Shown here in pieces: positions 30,764 through 41,999 of a stretch of DNA of 64,000 nucleotides. The notes under the pieces are model-generated. The model was given only the letters and a program-made list of their open reading frames with translations, had not been told where the DNA came from and ran no database searches. Numbering within the stretch: position 1 is the stretch's first letter; each line of letters starts with the position of its first letter. A program made the position numbers and the translations under genes. Source of the stretch: an uncultured Kofleriaceae bacterium (GTDB lineage Bacteria; Myxococcota_A; Polyangia; Haliangiales; Haliangiaceae); the NCBI GenBank assembly GCA_964617845.1, contig CAZUAR010000003.1, positions 69,908-133,907 of the forward strand, in the 5' to 3' direction.

Positions 30764-33244
30764 CTAGTCACCGTTGCCGTTCGTCAGCGTGAGCTTGTCG
30801 ACCAGCGGCTTGAGCGGCGTGTTGTGGAACAGGCGCGACAGCGTGTCTCCGAGCGACTCGCCCTCGACCACGCGCTGCACACCCCACGCCTCCGCCACCT
30901 TGACCAGCGTCTCGTGACGCGACAGCTGCATGAGCGCCTCGCTGAAGTTGCCCGACGCAGCCGTGAACCGCTGCACGGCGGTCTCGGCCTCGGCGCGCAG
31001 CAGCTCGATGCGCTTCTCCTGCTCGCGCGCGAAGAAGTGCAGCTCCTGCTCGCGCTCGCGCTTCACGCGCTCGATGCGCTGCCCCAGCTTGAACGACTCG
31101 ATCGACTGCTCCGCCTCCACCAGCTTCTTGCGCTCGTCGGTCTCGCGCAGCGTGTTGGCGATGCGAGCGAGAGCCGTTGCCAGCTCGCTCGTTGCCAGCT
31201 CGCGCGCGAGGTCGTCGGTGCGCATCTTGGTGAGGGCCTTGACCTCCGCCGTTTCGCGCATGATCGCCTCGCGCTGCTTGGTGACCGAGAGCTCGCGGCT
31301 CAGGTTGGACACGTCGATGTTCGACTTCACGACGTCATGCTGTGCCGCCTCCAGCAGCGCGCGGATCTTGTCGTCCTTCAGGGCTACCTGGAGGACGTCG
31401 ACATCCTGGATGCGCATGCCGTTGGCGGGGAACTCCATGCCGGCGATCAGGGAACGGATCGTGTCCGTCGAGGTCGAGTAGAACTGCTCGACGGTCAGCT
31501 TGCGGACGGCGCCCTTCAGCGTCGAGCGAACGTGGTCGCACAGGTACTTCACGTAGTTCTCGACGGCGAACCACTTGAGCGGGTCGCCGGCGAAGCTCAC
31601 GCGGTAGGACATGCGCAGCTGGACATAGACGTGGTCGAAGGTCTCGACCTCGACGATGTCCGTGACCTGGTTGTTCTCGACGCGAAGGAACGGAGTCTCG
31701 AGGAGCTTGTCCGTCGTCTTCGGCTTGCCCGTGGAGAGCGTCAGCGCCTCGATGGTCTCGTCGTAGTCGAGCAGCACCGTGGTGGGACCCACCTCGACGC
31801 GGCGGCGGCCCGTCTTCGCCGTCACGAGGACTGCGTAGCCGGTCCACACCGCGAGCTGCGGGGCACCCTGGTACTTGTTGTCGAGCAGCGCCATGCGCGG
31901 CTGCGAGTACGTCGACGCGCGAGAGAACTCGTCGGCGACGAGCGCCTGGTCACCCGAGACGCGAGACGACTCCATCACCATGCCGGCCGCGGCCTTCGCC
32001 ACACGCTTGCCGCCGCGCTCCACGTCGCCCTCGGAGAGGACGCCCTGGCGCGTGGTGGGAACGTTGTGGATCAGCTGACGCAGCGACTGGTTGTAGGCGA
32101 GCGCCTCGGCGTTGCCGGGGTACCAGAGCGCGCACTCGCGATCGGTGAGCACGCGGCGGACGATCACTTCGTGACGCGGGTCCGGCAGGAGCATGGCGGG
32201 GCCCCGCACCGTCCGGATCGCACCCGTGAGGCGGTCCATCACGTAGCGGGCTTCGCCCGCGGGGATGGCCGTCGCGAAGTGCTTCGCCTTGCCGTCGTAC
32301 TTGATCGCCGAGTGCTCCTCGCGCGGGAAGTAGATCGCCGTGTCCTTGCCGGTGATGAAGAGCTCATCGCCGGCGCGGTGCGCGACGCCGTTCTCCGTGT
32401 AGTCCGCGATCACCTTGATGTGAAGGCCCTGGATCTCGTTGAGCTCGACCGCACGGAACTTCTTGCTCGGACGACCTCCGTCGTCGCGAGCTTCGACGAA
32501 CCGCTCGGTGGGCAGCGGAAACACGACCTGCGGACCGACCTCGTAGCGCTTCTTGCCGTTCTCGTCGACGAGGATCGCGTACTCGAGACGCTCGAGGGTC
32601 AGCGCTTCACGCGCGTACCACTCGCCGTCGCGAACGACCTCGATTCCCGTCGGCGGGATGTAGAACGAGACTTCGGTGCCGCGGATGATGAGCTGCTTGC
32701 CGACCGTGAGGTCCTGCGGCGCCGACGACACGGCCGTTGCCGGAGCAACAACCTCGCCGTCGACAGCCGCGGGCTTCACGACCGCCTTGCTCCAGTTCTT
32801 GCGCGCCTCGTCTTCGTTGTAGACGCGGACGAGCAGGTACTGGTTCGAGCGCAGGTGATGACCCTCGACGACCTCGGCTGCCTGACCCGGCCACAGTGCA
32901 AACGTGGCGGGGCCCGGCACGATGATCGTGCGACCGATCTCCTGTTCGGCGCTCGGCTGCGCGCTTCCCTCGTCGGGATGCTTGTTCCCCTTCGCCGGGT
33001 TGCGAAGGATGATGTAGTGACCTTCCGCTGCGATCGGCGAGATACGCATCGCCTCCTCGAGTGAGGACGCCGTGCGGAACGTGTTCTTCTCCGCGTCGTA
33101 GATCACCGGCCGCTCCTGCGCGGTCGGGTTGATCACGGTCGGACCCGAGTACGTCTTCACGACGCCCTTGGTCACGTCCTGCATGTACGCGTAGCTGCCG
33201 GGCGGCAGTACGAGGTCCCGCTTCTGTACTTCTGACATTGCCAT
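30764..33244 (-). CDS. mvp: major vault protein (MVP) homolog
   Basis: 826 aa. The N-terminal MVP repeat pattern (MAMSEVQKRDLVLPPGSYAYMQDVTKGVVKTYSGPTVINPTAQERPVIYDAEKNTFRTA... with repeated beta-rich about 55-aa vault repeats) is followed by a shoulder and a long coiled-coil cap-helix region (ELSVTKQREAIMRETAEVKALTKMRTDDLARELA...). Architecture and length match eukaryotic MVP, whose bacterial homologs are rare. Confidence 0.88.
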   Translation of the reverse strand: MAMSEVQKRDLVLPPGSYAYMQDVTKGVVKTYSGPTVINPTAQERPVIYDAEKNTFRTASSLEEAMRISPIAAEGHYIILRNPAKGNKHPDEGSAQPSAEQEIGRTIIVPGPATFALWPGQAAEVVEGHHLRSNQYLLVRVYNEDEARKNWSKAVVKPAAVDGEVVAPATAVSSAPQDLTVGKQLIIRGTEVSFYIPPTGIEVVRDGEWYAREALTLERLEYAILVDENGKKRYEVGPQVVFPLPTERFVEARDDGGRPSKKFRAVELNEIQGLHIKVIADYTENGVAHRAGDELFITGKDTAIYFPREEHSAIKYDGKAKHFATAIPAGEARYVMDRLTGAIRTVRGPAMLLPDPRHEVIVRRVLTDRECALWYPGNAEALAYNQSLRQLIHNVPTTRQGVLSEGDVERGGKRVAKAAAGMVMESSRVSGDQALVADEFSRASTYSQPRMALLDNKYQGAPQLAVWTGYAVLVTAKTGRRRVEVGPTTVLLDYDETIEALTLSTGKPKTTDKLLETPFLRVENNQVTDIVEVETFDHVYVQLRMSYRVSFAGDPLKWFAVENYVKYLCDHVRSTLKGAVRKLTVEQFYSTSTDTIRSLIAGMEFPANGMRIQDVDVLQVALKDDKIRALLEAAQHDVVKSNIDVSNLSRELSVTKQREAIMRETAEVKALTKMRTDDLARELATSELATALARIANTLRETDERKKLVEAEQSIESFKLGQRIERVKREREQELHFFAREQEKRIELLRAEAETAVQRFTAASGNFSEALMQLSRHETLVKVAEAWGVQRVVEGESLGDTLSRLFHNTPLKPLVDKLTLTNGNGD

Positions 33245-33253
33245 TCTCCTCTC

Positions 33254-34474
33254 CTAGCCCTTCACGCAGACGATCTGCTTCAGGGTGTAAACGACGTCGA
33301 CGAGGTCGGCCTGCGCCGCCATCACGTCGTCGATCGACTTGTATGCAGCAGGCGTCTCGTCGATGACGTCTGCGTCCTTGCGGCACTCGACACCCGCCGT
33401 CGCTGCGGCGTGATCCTCGAGCGTGAACAGCTTCTTTGCCTTCGTGCGCGACATCGAGCGGCCCGCGCCGTGCGAGCACGACGTGAACGACTCGGGGTTA
33501 CCCTTCCCGCGAACGATGAACGACTTCGCGCCCATCGAGCCCGGGATGATGCCGAGCTCACCCTCGCGCGCACGCACCGCGCCCTTGCGGGTCACGATCA
33601 CGTTCGCGCCGTAGTGATGCTCGAACGACACGTAGTTGTGGTGGCAGTTGACGGCTTCGAGGTGAGCGGTGAACGCCGGCAGCAGGCCCGTGTTGCGAAG
33701 CGCCTCGATCGTGGCCGCCATCATCAGCTCGCGGTTGGTGCGCGCGTACTGCTGCGCCCACTCGACCGCGTGCACGTAGTCGTCGAACAGCTCCGAGCCC
33801 TGCGGCAGGTACGCGAGGTCCTCGTCCGGCAGGTTCACGAACCAGCGACGCATCTCTGCCTTCGCGCGCTCGATGAAGTACGAGCCGATGCGGTTACCCA
33901 CACCGCGCGAACCCGAGTGCAGCATCACCCACACCGCGCCTGCCTCGTCGAGGCACAGCTCGATGAAGTGGTTGCCCGTGCCGAGCGTACCGAGCTGGTT
34001 CACGCGCTGCGCGTTACCCGCCGAAGCGTGCTTCGACAGGATCTGCGCGTAGCCCGGAGCGAGCTCGTCCCACGCGGCGATCGTGCGCGCCGGCGGCGTG
34101 CCGTACGCACCGCGGTCGTTCGCGCCGCCCTTGTCGGTGCGGCCGTGCGGAACCGCCGACTCGATCGCGAGGCGCAGCGCGCGGAGGTCATCCGGGAGCT
34201 GGTCCGCGCGAAGCGACGTCTTCACCGCCATCATGCCGCAGCCGATGTCGACGCCGACCGCCGCCGGGATGACCGCGCGCTTGCACGCGATCACCGAGCC
34301 GACCGTTGCACCGATGCCCGCGTGCACGTCCGGCATGACCGCGATCCACTGGTGAACGAACGGGAGCGCTGCCACGCGGCGCAGCTGCGCCTCCGCCTCC
34401 GGCTCGAACGGGACGCCCTGCGTCCACGCCTTGATCGGAGCGAAGTCGGTGTTGATGAGGTGGTAGTTCGTCAT
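33254..34474 (-). CDS. rtcB: RNA-splicing ligase RtcB (3'-phosphate/2',3'-cyclic phosphate RNA ligase)
   Basis: 406 aa. The conserved metal/GTP-binding motifs DIGCGMM, GTGNHF, HSGSRG and HNY...NCHHNY are all present. Its stop lies 10 bp upstream of the MVP start. Confidence 0.95.
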   Translation of the reverse strand: MTNYHLINTDFAPIKAWTQGVPFEPEAEAQLRRVAALPFVHQWIAVMPDVHAGIGATVGSVIACKRAVIPAAVGVDIGCGMMAVKTSLRADQLPDDLRALRLAIESAVPHGRTDKGGANDRGAYGTPPARTIAAWDELAPGYAQILSKHASAGNAQRVNQLGTLGTGNHFIELCLDEAGAVWVMLHSGSRGVGNRIGSYFIERAKAEMRRWFVNLPDEDLAYLPQGSELFDDYVHAVEWAQQYARTNRELMMAATIEALRNTGLLPAFTAHLEAVNCHHNYVSFEHHYGANVIVTRKGAVRAREGELGIIPGSMGAKSFIVRGKGNPESFTSCSHGAGRSMSRTKAKKLFTLEDHAAATAGVECRKDADVIDETPAAYKSIDDVMAAQADLVDVVYTLKQIVCVKG

Positions 34475-34486
34475 GGCGAGCCGGCC

Positions 34487-34506
34487 CTGTGCAGCTCGCG
34501 AACCAA
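34487..34506 (-). promoter_or_regulatory. candidate sigma-54 promoter (TGGttc-N5-cTGCA, GG-N10-GC spacing) for rtcB-mvp
   Basis: The reverse complement of 34489-34505 reads TTGGTTCGCGAGCTGCA, about 15 nt upstream of the rtcB ATG. Divergent rtcR encodes a sigma-54 enhancer-binding protein (known RtcR biology). The match to TGGCAC-N5-TTGCA is imperfect. Confidence 0.45.
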
Positions 34507-34581
34507 CCTGCTCGCTGTGTGATTGCCAACGGTTGCGATGTCTGTCGATATCGAAGGCGATAGCGTATTATCCTTTTGGAT

Positions 34582-36153
<1,572 letters not shown>

Positions 36154-36239
36154 TCGCCCTCCGGATGCGCTCGCACCGGCCGCCCGACCTTCCACGCGGA
36201 TCCAGACGAGCTTCTTCAGCTCGCGATCCGATCGTCATG

Positions 36240-37565
36240 TCACGCCCTCGCGAGCAAACGGTGCCCGAGGTTCGAGCCCGGGCGATGCACGAAGCGCTCG
36301 TTCAGGTAGTGACGGGCGAGGTCGCGCCGGCCGCTGCGCCGCGCTGACTCGGCGATCGTCAGCGTGATGAGATCGCGCTGCGCATGGCTGCCTCCGAAGC
36401 GATGCGCGATGTCGCGAACCGCCTCGAGCTGGACGAGCGCTCGTCTGTCGTCCCCGCGCGCGAACGCCGCGAAGCCCCGCGCCAGCGGCAGACCGACCTC
36501 GCGCGCCATGCCGGCGTTGGTGGTCGCACCGACCGCGGCGGACTCCAGGTCGTGCACCACGCGGCTCGTCAGCTCTTCGCGATCGGTCATCGCGAAGGCC
36601 AGCATGGCGTGGACGTCGTTGAACGCGTAGAACCCCCGCTCGCCATCGAGCTTGGATTCCCACGCCTTCGCGACGCGCTCCGCACGCGAGCGCACGTCGA
36701 TGCCGAGCAGGTGCATGCGCCACAGAAGCGACGAGGCGTCCACCAACACGAGCGCGATGTCGATGTCCTCGGGGAAGATGTCGCGATCGTAGATCTCCAG
36801 CACCTTCGCGTCGTCTCCACGGTCGAGATAGAGGAGCGCGCGATGCCAGTGGTTGTGGAACGCGAAGCCGTTGCCGGTCCACTGCGGCATCCGCGACTCG
36901 AGCCACGTCATCCCTTCGGCGATCTTCCCCTGCATCTCGAAGCAGTGCAGGCCGGCATGGATCGCCCACGCATCGGTTGGCTCGATCTCGAGCGCGCGGC
37001 TCGCGGTCTCGAGCGCCTCGTCATATTGGTTGCACTCCTCGAGACCGAACGCGTGGAACCCGAGCACGTAGCTGTATCCGGGGATTCGCGGCGACCACGA
37101 TGGCAGCACGCGCGAGATCCGGTTGCGCAGGTTGATCGCGTCGCCGCGGGCGAAGTCGAACAGGTGGGCGATCTGGATCGCGACCACATCACGCGGGTTC
37201 GCGACCAGCGCGCGATCGAGCGCGACGTTCGCGCCGTGCCAGTCGCCGTCGACCAGCTTGCGCAGTGCGATGGCGAGCGCGGCCTCGCGATCGTTCGCGA
37301 CGTTGCGCTCGACCAGGGCCTCGAGCGCGCCGACGTTGACCCGAGCCATCTCGAAGAACCGAGCCTCGGCCAACGAGATCAGCGCGGCAGCGCGGAGCGC
37401 GTGTCCCATCGCGAAGTCGGGCTGCGCTTCGAGCGCGCGATCGAGCGTCGCGACCGGATCGCCGACGTACGACTGGAACTGCCGGAGCGCCTGCTCGAAC
37501 AGATCGAGGGTGGGTTTGTCGTCGAGCGAGATCGGAGCGCCGCGGGTATCGAGATTCTTCGTCAT
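36240..37565 (-). CDS. TPR-repeat protein
   Basis: 441 aa starting MTKNLDTRGAP with a perfect AGGAGG RBS. Multiple TPR-like helical repeats (YDEALETASRALEIEPTDAWAIHAGLHCFEMQGKIAEG etc.). Confidence 0.7.
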   Translation of the reverse strand: MTKNLDTRGAPISLDDKPTLDLFEQALRQFQSYVGDPVATLDRALEAQPDFAMGHALRAAALISLAEARFFEMARVNVGALEALVERNVANDREAALAIALRKLVDGDWHGANVALDRALVANPRDVVAIQIAHLFDFARGDAINLRNRISRVLPSWSPRIPGYSYVLGFHAFGLEECNQYDEALETASRALEIEPTDAWAIHAGLHCFEMQGKIAEGMTWLESRMPQWTGNGFAFHNHWHRALLYLDRGDDAKVLEIYDRDIFPEDIDIALVLVDASSLLWRMHLLGIDVRSRAERVAKAWESKLDGERGFYAFNDVHAMLAFAMTDREELTSRVVHDLESAAVGATTNAGMAREVGLPLARGFAAFARGDDRRALVQLEAVRDIAHRFGGSHAQRDLITLTIAESARRSGRRDLARHYLNERFVHRPGSNLGHRLLARA

Positions 37566-37596
37566 GACATCCTCCTGAGTGCTTTCCTCCCTGGCG

Positions 37597-37611
37597 TTCC
37601 ACGGCGTGGAA
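37597..37611. promoter_or_regulatory. palindrome TTCCACG-g-CGTGGAA in the divergent intergenic region
   Basis: Seen directly between the TPR gene and the STAND NTPase gene, 28 nt upstream of the proposed ATG at 37639. Confidence 0.3.
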
Positions 37612-37638
37612 CAACCGTTCCGCGGTAGTTTCGAGCAC

Positions 37639-40600
37639 ATGGATGCGCTGGTCGGTCGAGACCGCGAGCTCGCGCAGCTCGTCGAGGCGGCGCGGATCGC
37701 GAGCGCCGGCCAGCGGGCGATCGTGATGATCAGCGGCGAGCCGGGGATCGGAAAGACACGTCTCCTGGAGGAGATCGCCGCGACGATCGAGCAGGAGGGC
37801 GGGACGGCAGCATGGGGCCGCACGTGGGAGGTCGGGATGACCCCGGCGTTCTGGCCGTGGACACAGCTGCTCGCGCTGCTGGCCACGCCGGACGATCCCG
37901 CCCCCGAGCTGGTCGGGCTCGACGACCGCGCCGACGCCGCCACGCGCCTCGCGCGGTTCGACGCCGTCGCCGTGTTCCTGACTCGCCGAGCCGCGCACCG
38001 ACCGCTCGCGCTGCTGTTCGACGACATGCACGCGGCGGATCCATCGTCGCTGCTGCTCGTCGAGTACCTCGCCCGGCAGGTGCGCGCGGCGCGACTCCTG
38101 ATCGCGATCACGGCGCGCGATGGCGAGGCGCCGCCCGAGAGCGAGGCCGCGCTCGCGCGGATCCGGCGCGACGCCCGGCGGATCGTCGTCGGGCGCCTCG
38201 CTGCCGAGGATGTCGCGCGCTTCGTCGGCGAGCGCGCGGACGCCGCGATGATCGCCAGGGTGTACGAGCTGTCGGATGGCAACCCGCTGTTCGTCGAGGA
38301 GCTGGTCGCCTGCATCGAAGCGCATGGCGATCTCGATCGCGTCGGGCAGATCACCGGGGTCCGCGCGGTGATCCGCGATCGCATCGCGCGACTTCCCGAG
38401 GTGTCCGCGACCATCCTCGGAGCCGGCGCGCTCGCCGGTCGCGAGTTTCGTGGCGTCGTGGTCGCGGACGCGCTCGATATCGCGCCTCGCGACCTCGACG
38501 CGCACCTCGCACCGGCGTTGCGGCTCGGCGTGATCACGCGCGCCGGACCCGATCGGTACCGGTTCTCGCATGGCCTCGTCGCGGAATCGCTGGCGGAGCA
38601 GGGGCACGTTCTGCACGCGCGACTCGCCGACGCACTCGAGCGGCTCGAGGGTGACGACGGCGCCTCCGCGATCGCACATCACCGCCTCGCGATCGCGCAC
38701 CTCGATCCGATCGCCGCCGCGACGTCTGCCGAGCGTGCGGCCCGCGTCGCGCTCGCACACCTCGCGTTCGAGGACGCGGCGGCCCTGCTCGACCGCGCGA
38801 TCGGCGCTCTCCCCGATGCTCCCGCGACCCGCAAGCAACGCGCCGCCCTGATCTGCGCACGCGCCGAGGCCCTCCAGCACGCCGGCGAGCACACGACCGC
38901 GCGCGAGCTCTGCGATCGCGCCGCCGAGCTCGCTCGCGAGACTGGAGACGGTGTCTTGCTCGCACGCATCGCGCTCGCGCGCGGGATCGAGTTCCACTTC
39001 GGCTCGACGGATCGCGGCCTCGTCGAGCTCTTGCGAGAGGCGCTCGCCGCGATGCCGCCCGGGGACTCGAGCCTGCGTGCCCGATGCCTCGCACGTCTCG
39101 CCGCCGCCGAGCAGCCCGCCACCGACTCGCGGATCCCGATCGAAGCCGCGCGCGATGCGATCGCGATGGCGCGCCGGATCGGCGAGCGCCGGACGCGGCT
39201 CGACGTACTTCACGTCGCGTTCGCGGCGTTGATCGAGTACGTGCCACCGCAAGAGCTCGACGTGCTCCTCCGCGAGCTGTTCGTGCTGGCCTCCAGCCCC
39301 GGCGATCGCCTGATCGCCCTGCGCAACCGGTTGCGCCATTGCTTCGTCGCGCTCGAGCTCGGCGATCGCACCGCGTTCGAGGCGGCCGCGTTCGCCCATG
39401 CCGAGCTGGCCGAGAGCATCGGCATGCCGCGCTGGCTCTGGCCGGTCAAGCTGATCGCCTCGATGCAGGCCACGTTCGAGGGCCGATTCGCCGAGGCCGC
39501 CGCCCTCACGAGTGAAGCCGAAACGATCGGTGCCGGTGATCCGCAGGGCGAACGCACGTTCACCTATCACCGCTGGGCAACCGCGTGGATCGCGACGCGA
39601 CCGAGCGCGACGCTCGCGCGGCGTGTCGGCGAGTGCTACGCGTACGCGCGCCCGGTGATGTCGATCGTCGCCGCGCTCGACGAACAGGATCACGCGACCC
39701 TGCATTCCGCGATCGCCGCCGCTACCCCGCTCGTGGAGCACGACGCGTTCTCGGCGACCGCCCTCGCCGACGCGATCGCGATGTATCGTGATCGCGAGCT
39801 GGCGCACCGGTGCTACGACCTGATCGCGCAGCAGTCCTGCCGGATCTGGGTCGCGACCATGACCGGCTTCGCTCTCCAGGACTTCGCCGATCGTTGCTTG
39901 CTCGTGCTCGCCACCGTCCTCGAGCGGTGGGACGCGGTCGATCAGCATGCTCGCATCGCGCTCGAGCTAGCGCGCAGGCTCGACGCTGTTCCGTGGATCG
40001 CGCGGATCCAGGCCGACTGGGCCACCGCGCTCGATGCGCGAGGCGATCGCGCTCGCGCCGACGAGCTCTGGGATGCGGCGCGCGCGGTGGCCGAACGACT
40101 CGACATGCCGGGTCTGGCCGCGCGCTGTCGCGCAGCCCGCGCGGGTCACACCGAAGCGACGGCGCCGCACGTCCCGCCCACCAGCATCGATGTCCCTGCC
40201 ACCGAGGAGCTCTCCATCTCCCGCGATGGTGCGCTCTGGGTCATCCGCGGGCGCGGCACGATCGCGCGTGTCCGCGATTCGCGCGGCATGCAGATGCTCG
40301 CGCGCCTGATCGGCGAGCCCGGATGCGAGGTGCACGCGATCGATCTCGACGGAGATGGCGGGACCGCCGACGGCGGCGACGCCGGCGAGATGCTCGATCC
40401 GAAGGCCAAGGCGGCCTACCGCAAGCGACTCGCAGAGCTGACGCAGGACCTCGAGGAGGCCGAGGCCTGGCGCGATGCCGAGCGTGCGGAGCGAGTGCGT
40501 CTGGAGATCGACGCGCTCGCGCGCGAGCTATCGCGCGCCGTCGGGCTCGGTGGACGCGACCGCCGCGTCGGGGCCGCTGCCGAGCGCGCGCGGATCAACG

Positions 40601-40719
40601 TGCAGCGTCGGATCGCCTACGCGATCCAGCAGATCAAGAGCTCCGCCCCGCCGCTCGGCGAGCATCTCGCAGCACGGATCCGTACCGGCACGTGCTGCAT
40701 CTACGACCCACACGCGTGA
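37639..40719 (+). CDS. STAND/MalT-like AAA+ NTPase with C-terminal TPR-like helical repeats and no HTH
   Basis: Walker A ISGEPGIGKTRLLEE, then Walker B LLFDDMHAADP and a GNPLFVEEL motif typical of LuxR-type large ATP-binding (MalT/LAL) STAND NTPases. A helical repeat region of about 700 aa follows. No DNA-binding domain is recognisable. Alternative GTG start at 37579. Confidence 0.7.
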   Translation: MDALVGRDRELAQLVEAARIASAGQRAIVMISGEPGIGKTRLLEEIAATIEQEGGTAAWGRTWEVGMTPAFWPWTQLLALLATPDDPAPELVGLDDRADAATRLARFDAVAVFLTRRAAHRPLALLFDDMHAADPSSLLLVEYLARQVRAARLLIAITARDGEAPPESEAALARIRRDARRIVVGRLAAEDVARFVGERADAAMIARVYELSDGNPLFVEELVACIEAHGDLDRVGQITGVRAVIRDRIARLPEVSATILGAGALAGREFRGVVVADALDIAPRDLDAHLAPALRLGVITRAGPDRYRFSHGLVAESLAEQGHVLHARLADALERLEGDDGASAIAHHRLAIAHLDPIAAATSAERAARVALAHLAFEDAAALLDRAIGALPDAPATRKQRAALICARAEALQHAGEHTTARELCDRAAELARETGDGVLLARIALARGIEFHFGSTDRGLVELLREALAAMPPGDSSLRARCLARLAAAEQPATDSRIPIEAARDAIAMARRIGERRTRLDVLHVAFAALIEYVPPQELDVLLRELFVLASSPGDRLIALRNRLRHCFVALELGDRTAFEAAAFAHAELAESIGMPRWLWPVKLIASMQATFEGRFAEAAALTSEAETIGAGDPQGERTFTYHRWATAWIATRPSATLARRVGECYAYARPVMSIVAALDEQDHATLHSAIAAATPLVEHDAFSATALADAIAMYRDRELAHRCYDLIAQQSCRIWVATMTGFALQDFADRCLLVLATVLERWDAVDQHARIALELARRLDAVPWIARIQADWATALDARGDRARADELWDAARAVAERLDMPGLAARCRAARAGHTEATAPHVPPTSIDVPATEELSISRDGALWVIRGRGTIARVRDSRGMQMLARLIGEPGCEVHAIDLDGDGGTADGGDAGEMLDPKAKAAYRKRLAELTQDLEEAEAWRDAERAERVRLEIDALARELSRAVGLGGRDRRVGAAAERARINVQRRIAYAIQQIKSSAPPLGEHLAARIRTGTCCIYDPHA

Positions 40720-40725
40720 CCGCGA

Positions 40726-41484
40726 TCAGAACGCCAGCACGTGCCAGCTCGGTCGCTGCTCGACACCGTCGCAGTCGTGCCCGCCCATCCCGAGCCCTGT
40801 CTTGAACAAGATCACGCGTCCCGATGCGCTCGCGCCGACGAGCTCGAACGCGGGCAGGTTGCACCGAGGCGGCGCACTCCACGCGGCCTCCGTATCCGTG
40901 CGCTCGACGAGGACGCGCCCCGAGGCATCCTCCACGCGGATCTGGGACGGCGGCAGCCACGTGTTGCCGTCGCTGCGCCGCTTGTAGCGCGCGGTATACG
41001 TGCCGAACGTGAGCTCCGTCTCGGAGCTGATATCGGAGAGCTCGCGTACGTTGCGGATCGGCGGCTCGAGCCTCGACCACGCGTGCTTCGCCAGCTCGCG
41101 ATTGACGGTGATCGCCGCGACCCTCGCGTCCGCCCCGGCGCCGGCGATCGGGAGCCACCGCACGCTCGTGCCCGTTCGATCGAGCAGCCGCACGCCGGGG
41201 ACCGGGACGTGTCCCCATCCATCGCGCTCCTCGGCGACCGCGACGAGCTCTCCGTCCTGCGTGACCGCGGGCAGCTGGAGGAAGCGCAGCGGAGCGGCGC
41301 CCTCGCGCAGTTGATCCTCGCAGTCGGGGCAGACCGCCCACTCCGCGTCGCTGAAGATCTCGACGGACGGCACCACGCCGACCACCGCGGTCACCGTGGA
41401 TGTATTGGCCGGAGGCTCGGCCGTCGGGCGCTCCGCGTTCCAGCAGCCAGCGACGAGGACCAGGAGCGCGAGGCGAGCGTGCAT
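40726..41484 (-). CDS. hypothetical lipoprotein
   Basis: MHARLALLVLVAGC lipobox. 252 aa. Confidence 0.5.
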   Translation of the reverse strand: MHARLALLVLVAGCWNAERPTAEPPANTSTVTAVVGVVPSVEIFSDAEWAVCPDCEDQLREGAAPLRFLQLPAVTQDGELVAVAEERDGWGHVPVPGVRLLDRTGTSVRWLPIAGAGADARVAAITVNRELAKHAWSRLEPPIRNVRELSDISSETELTFGTYTARYKRRSDGNTWLPPSQIRVEDASGRVLVERTDTEAAWSAPPRCNLPAFELVGASASGRVILFKTGLGMGGHDCDGVEQRPSWHVLAF

Positions 41485-41514
41485 TTCGCTGCCATAACGG
41501 ATCGCCGACCGAGC

Positions 41515-41949
41515 CTATTCACGGTGACGACGCTCGGAGAGAACGAGCTGCGAGCAGGTCTCGTCGGGCTCGCTCGTCCGCGGGCACAGCGAGATCGTGG
41601 AGTAGCCGGCGGCGTTGGCAGTGCCGAGGACTGCGTTGATGACGATGGCCGACGTGTCCTTGTCGGCGCGAAGCACGAGCCCGCGGTCGCTCGAGGCACC
41701 GCTATTTCCGAGCGCGTCCCGCAGCGGCGCGATCGTCTCTGCGCCAGGCGGAACGTCGGCGACCTTCACGATCTCCACGCCGTCGAGGAGCACGCGGCCT
41801 GCATCGATCGCGACCACCGGCGGACCCGCGGGCCGCGCGGTCGCGGCGCTCGCTTCTGTGGTGGTCTGCGTTTCGGTCGGCGCGGGTGTCGATCTACTGC
41901 CGCCGCATGCGACGAGCGTGCAGGCAATGGTGGTCGCGAGCAGGCGCAT
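41515..41949 (-). CDS. lipoprotein with an ExbD/TolR-like C-terminal domain
   Basis: MRLLATTIACTLVAC lipobox. LVLRADKDTSAIVINAVLGTANAAGY resembles the ExbD/TolR periplasmic domain. Confidence 0.45.
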   Translation of the reverse strand: MRLLATTIACTLVACGGSRSTPAPTETQTTTEASAATARPAGPPVVAIDAGRVLLDGVEIVKVADVPPGAETIAPLRDALGNSGASSDRGLVLRADKDTSAIVINAVLGTANAAGYSTISLCPRTSEPDETCSQLVLSERRHRE

Positions 41950-41999
41950 CGTGCGGACGTATTCTCACTTCACGTTTGCGATCACAACGCCGTCGCGAG

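Noticed and set aside
30707-33064. 785-aa plus-strand ORF
   Set aside because: Antisense to the major vault protein gene.
33410-34522. 370-aa plus-strand ORF
   Set aside because: Antisense to rtcB, whose sense frame has all RtcB catalytic motifs.
37189-39948. 919-aa minus-strand ORF
   Set aside because: Antisense to the STAND NTPase gene. The product is Arg/Gly-rich.
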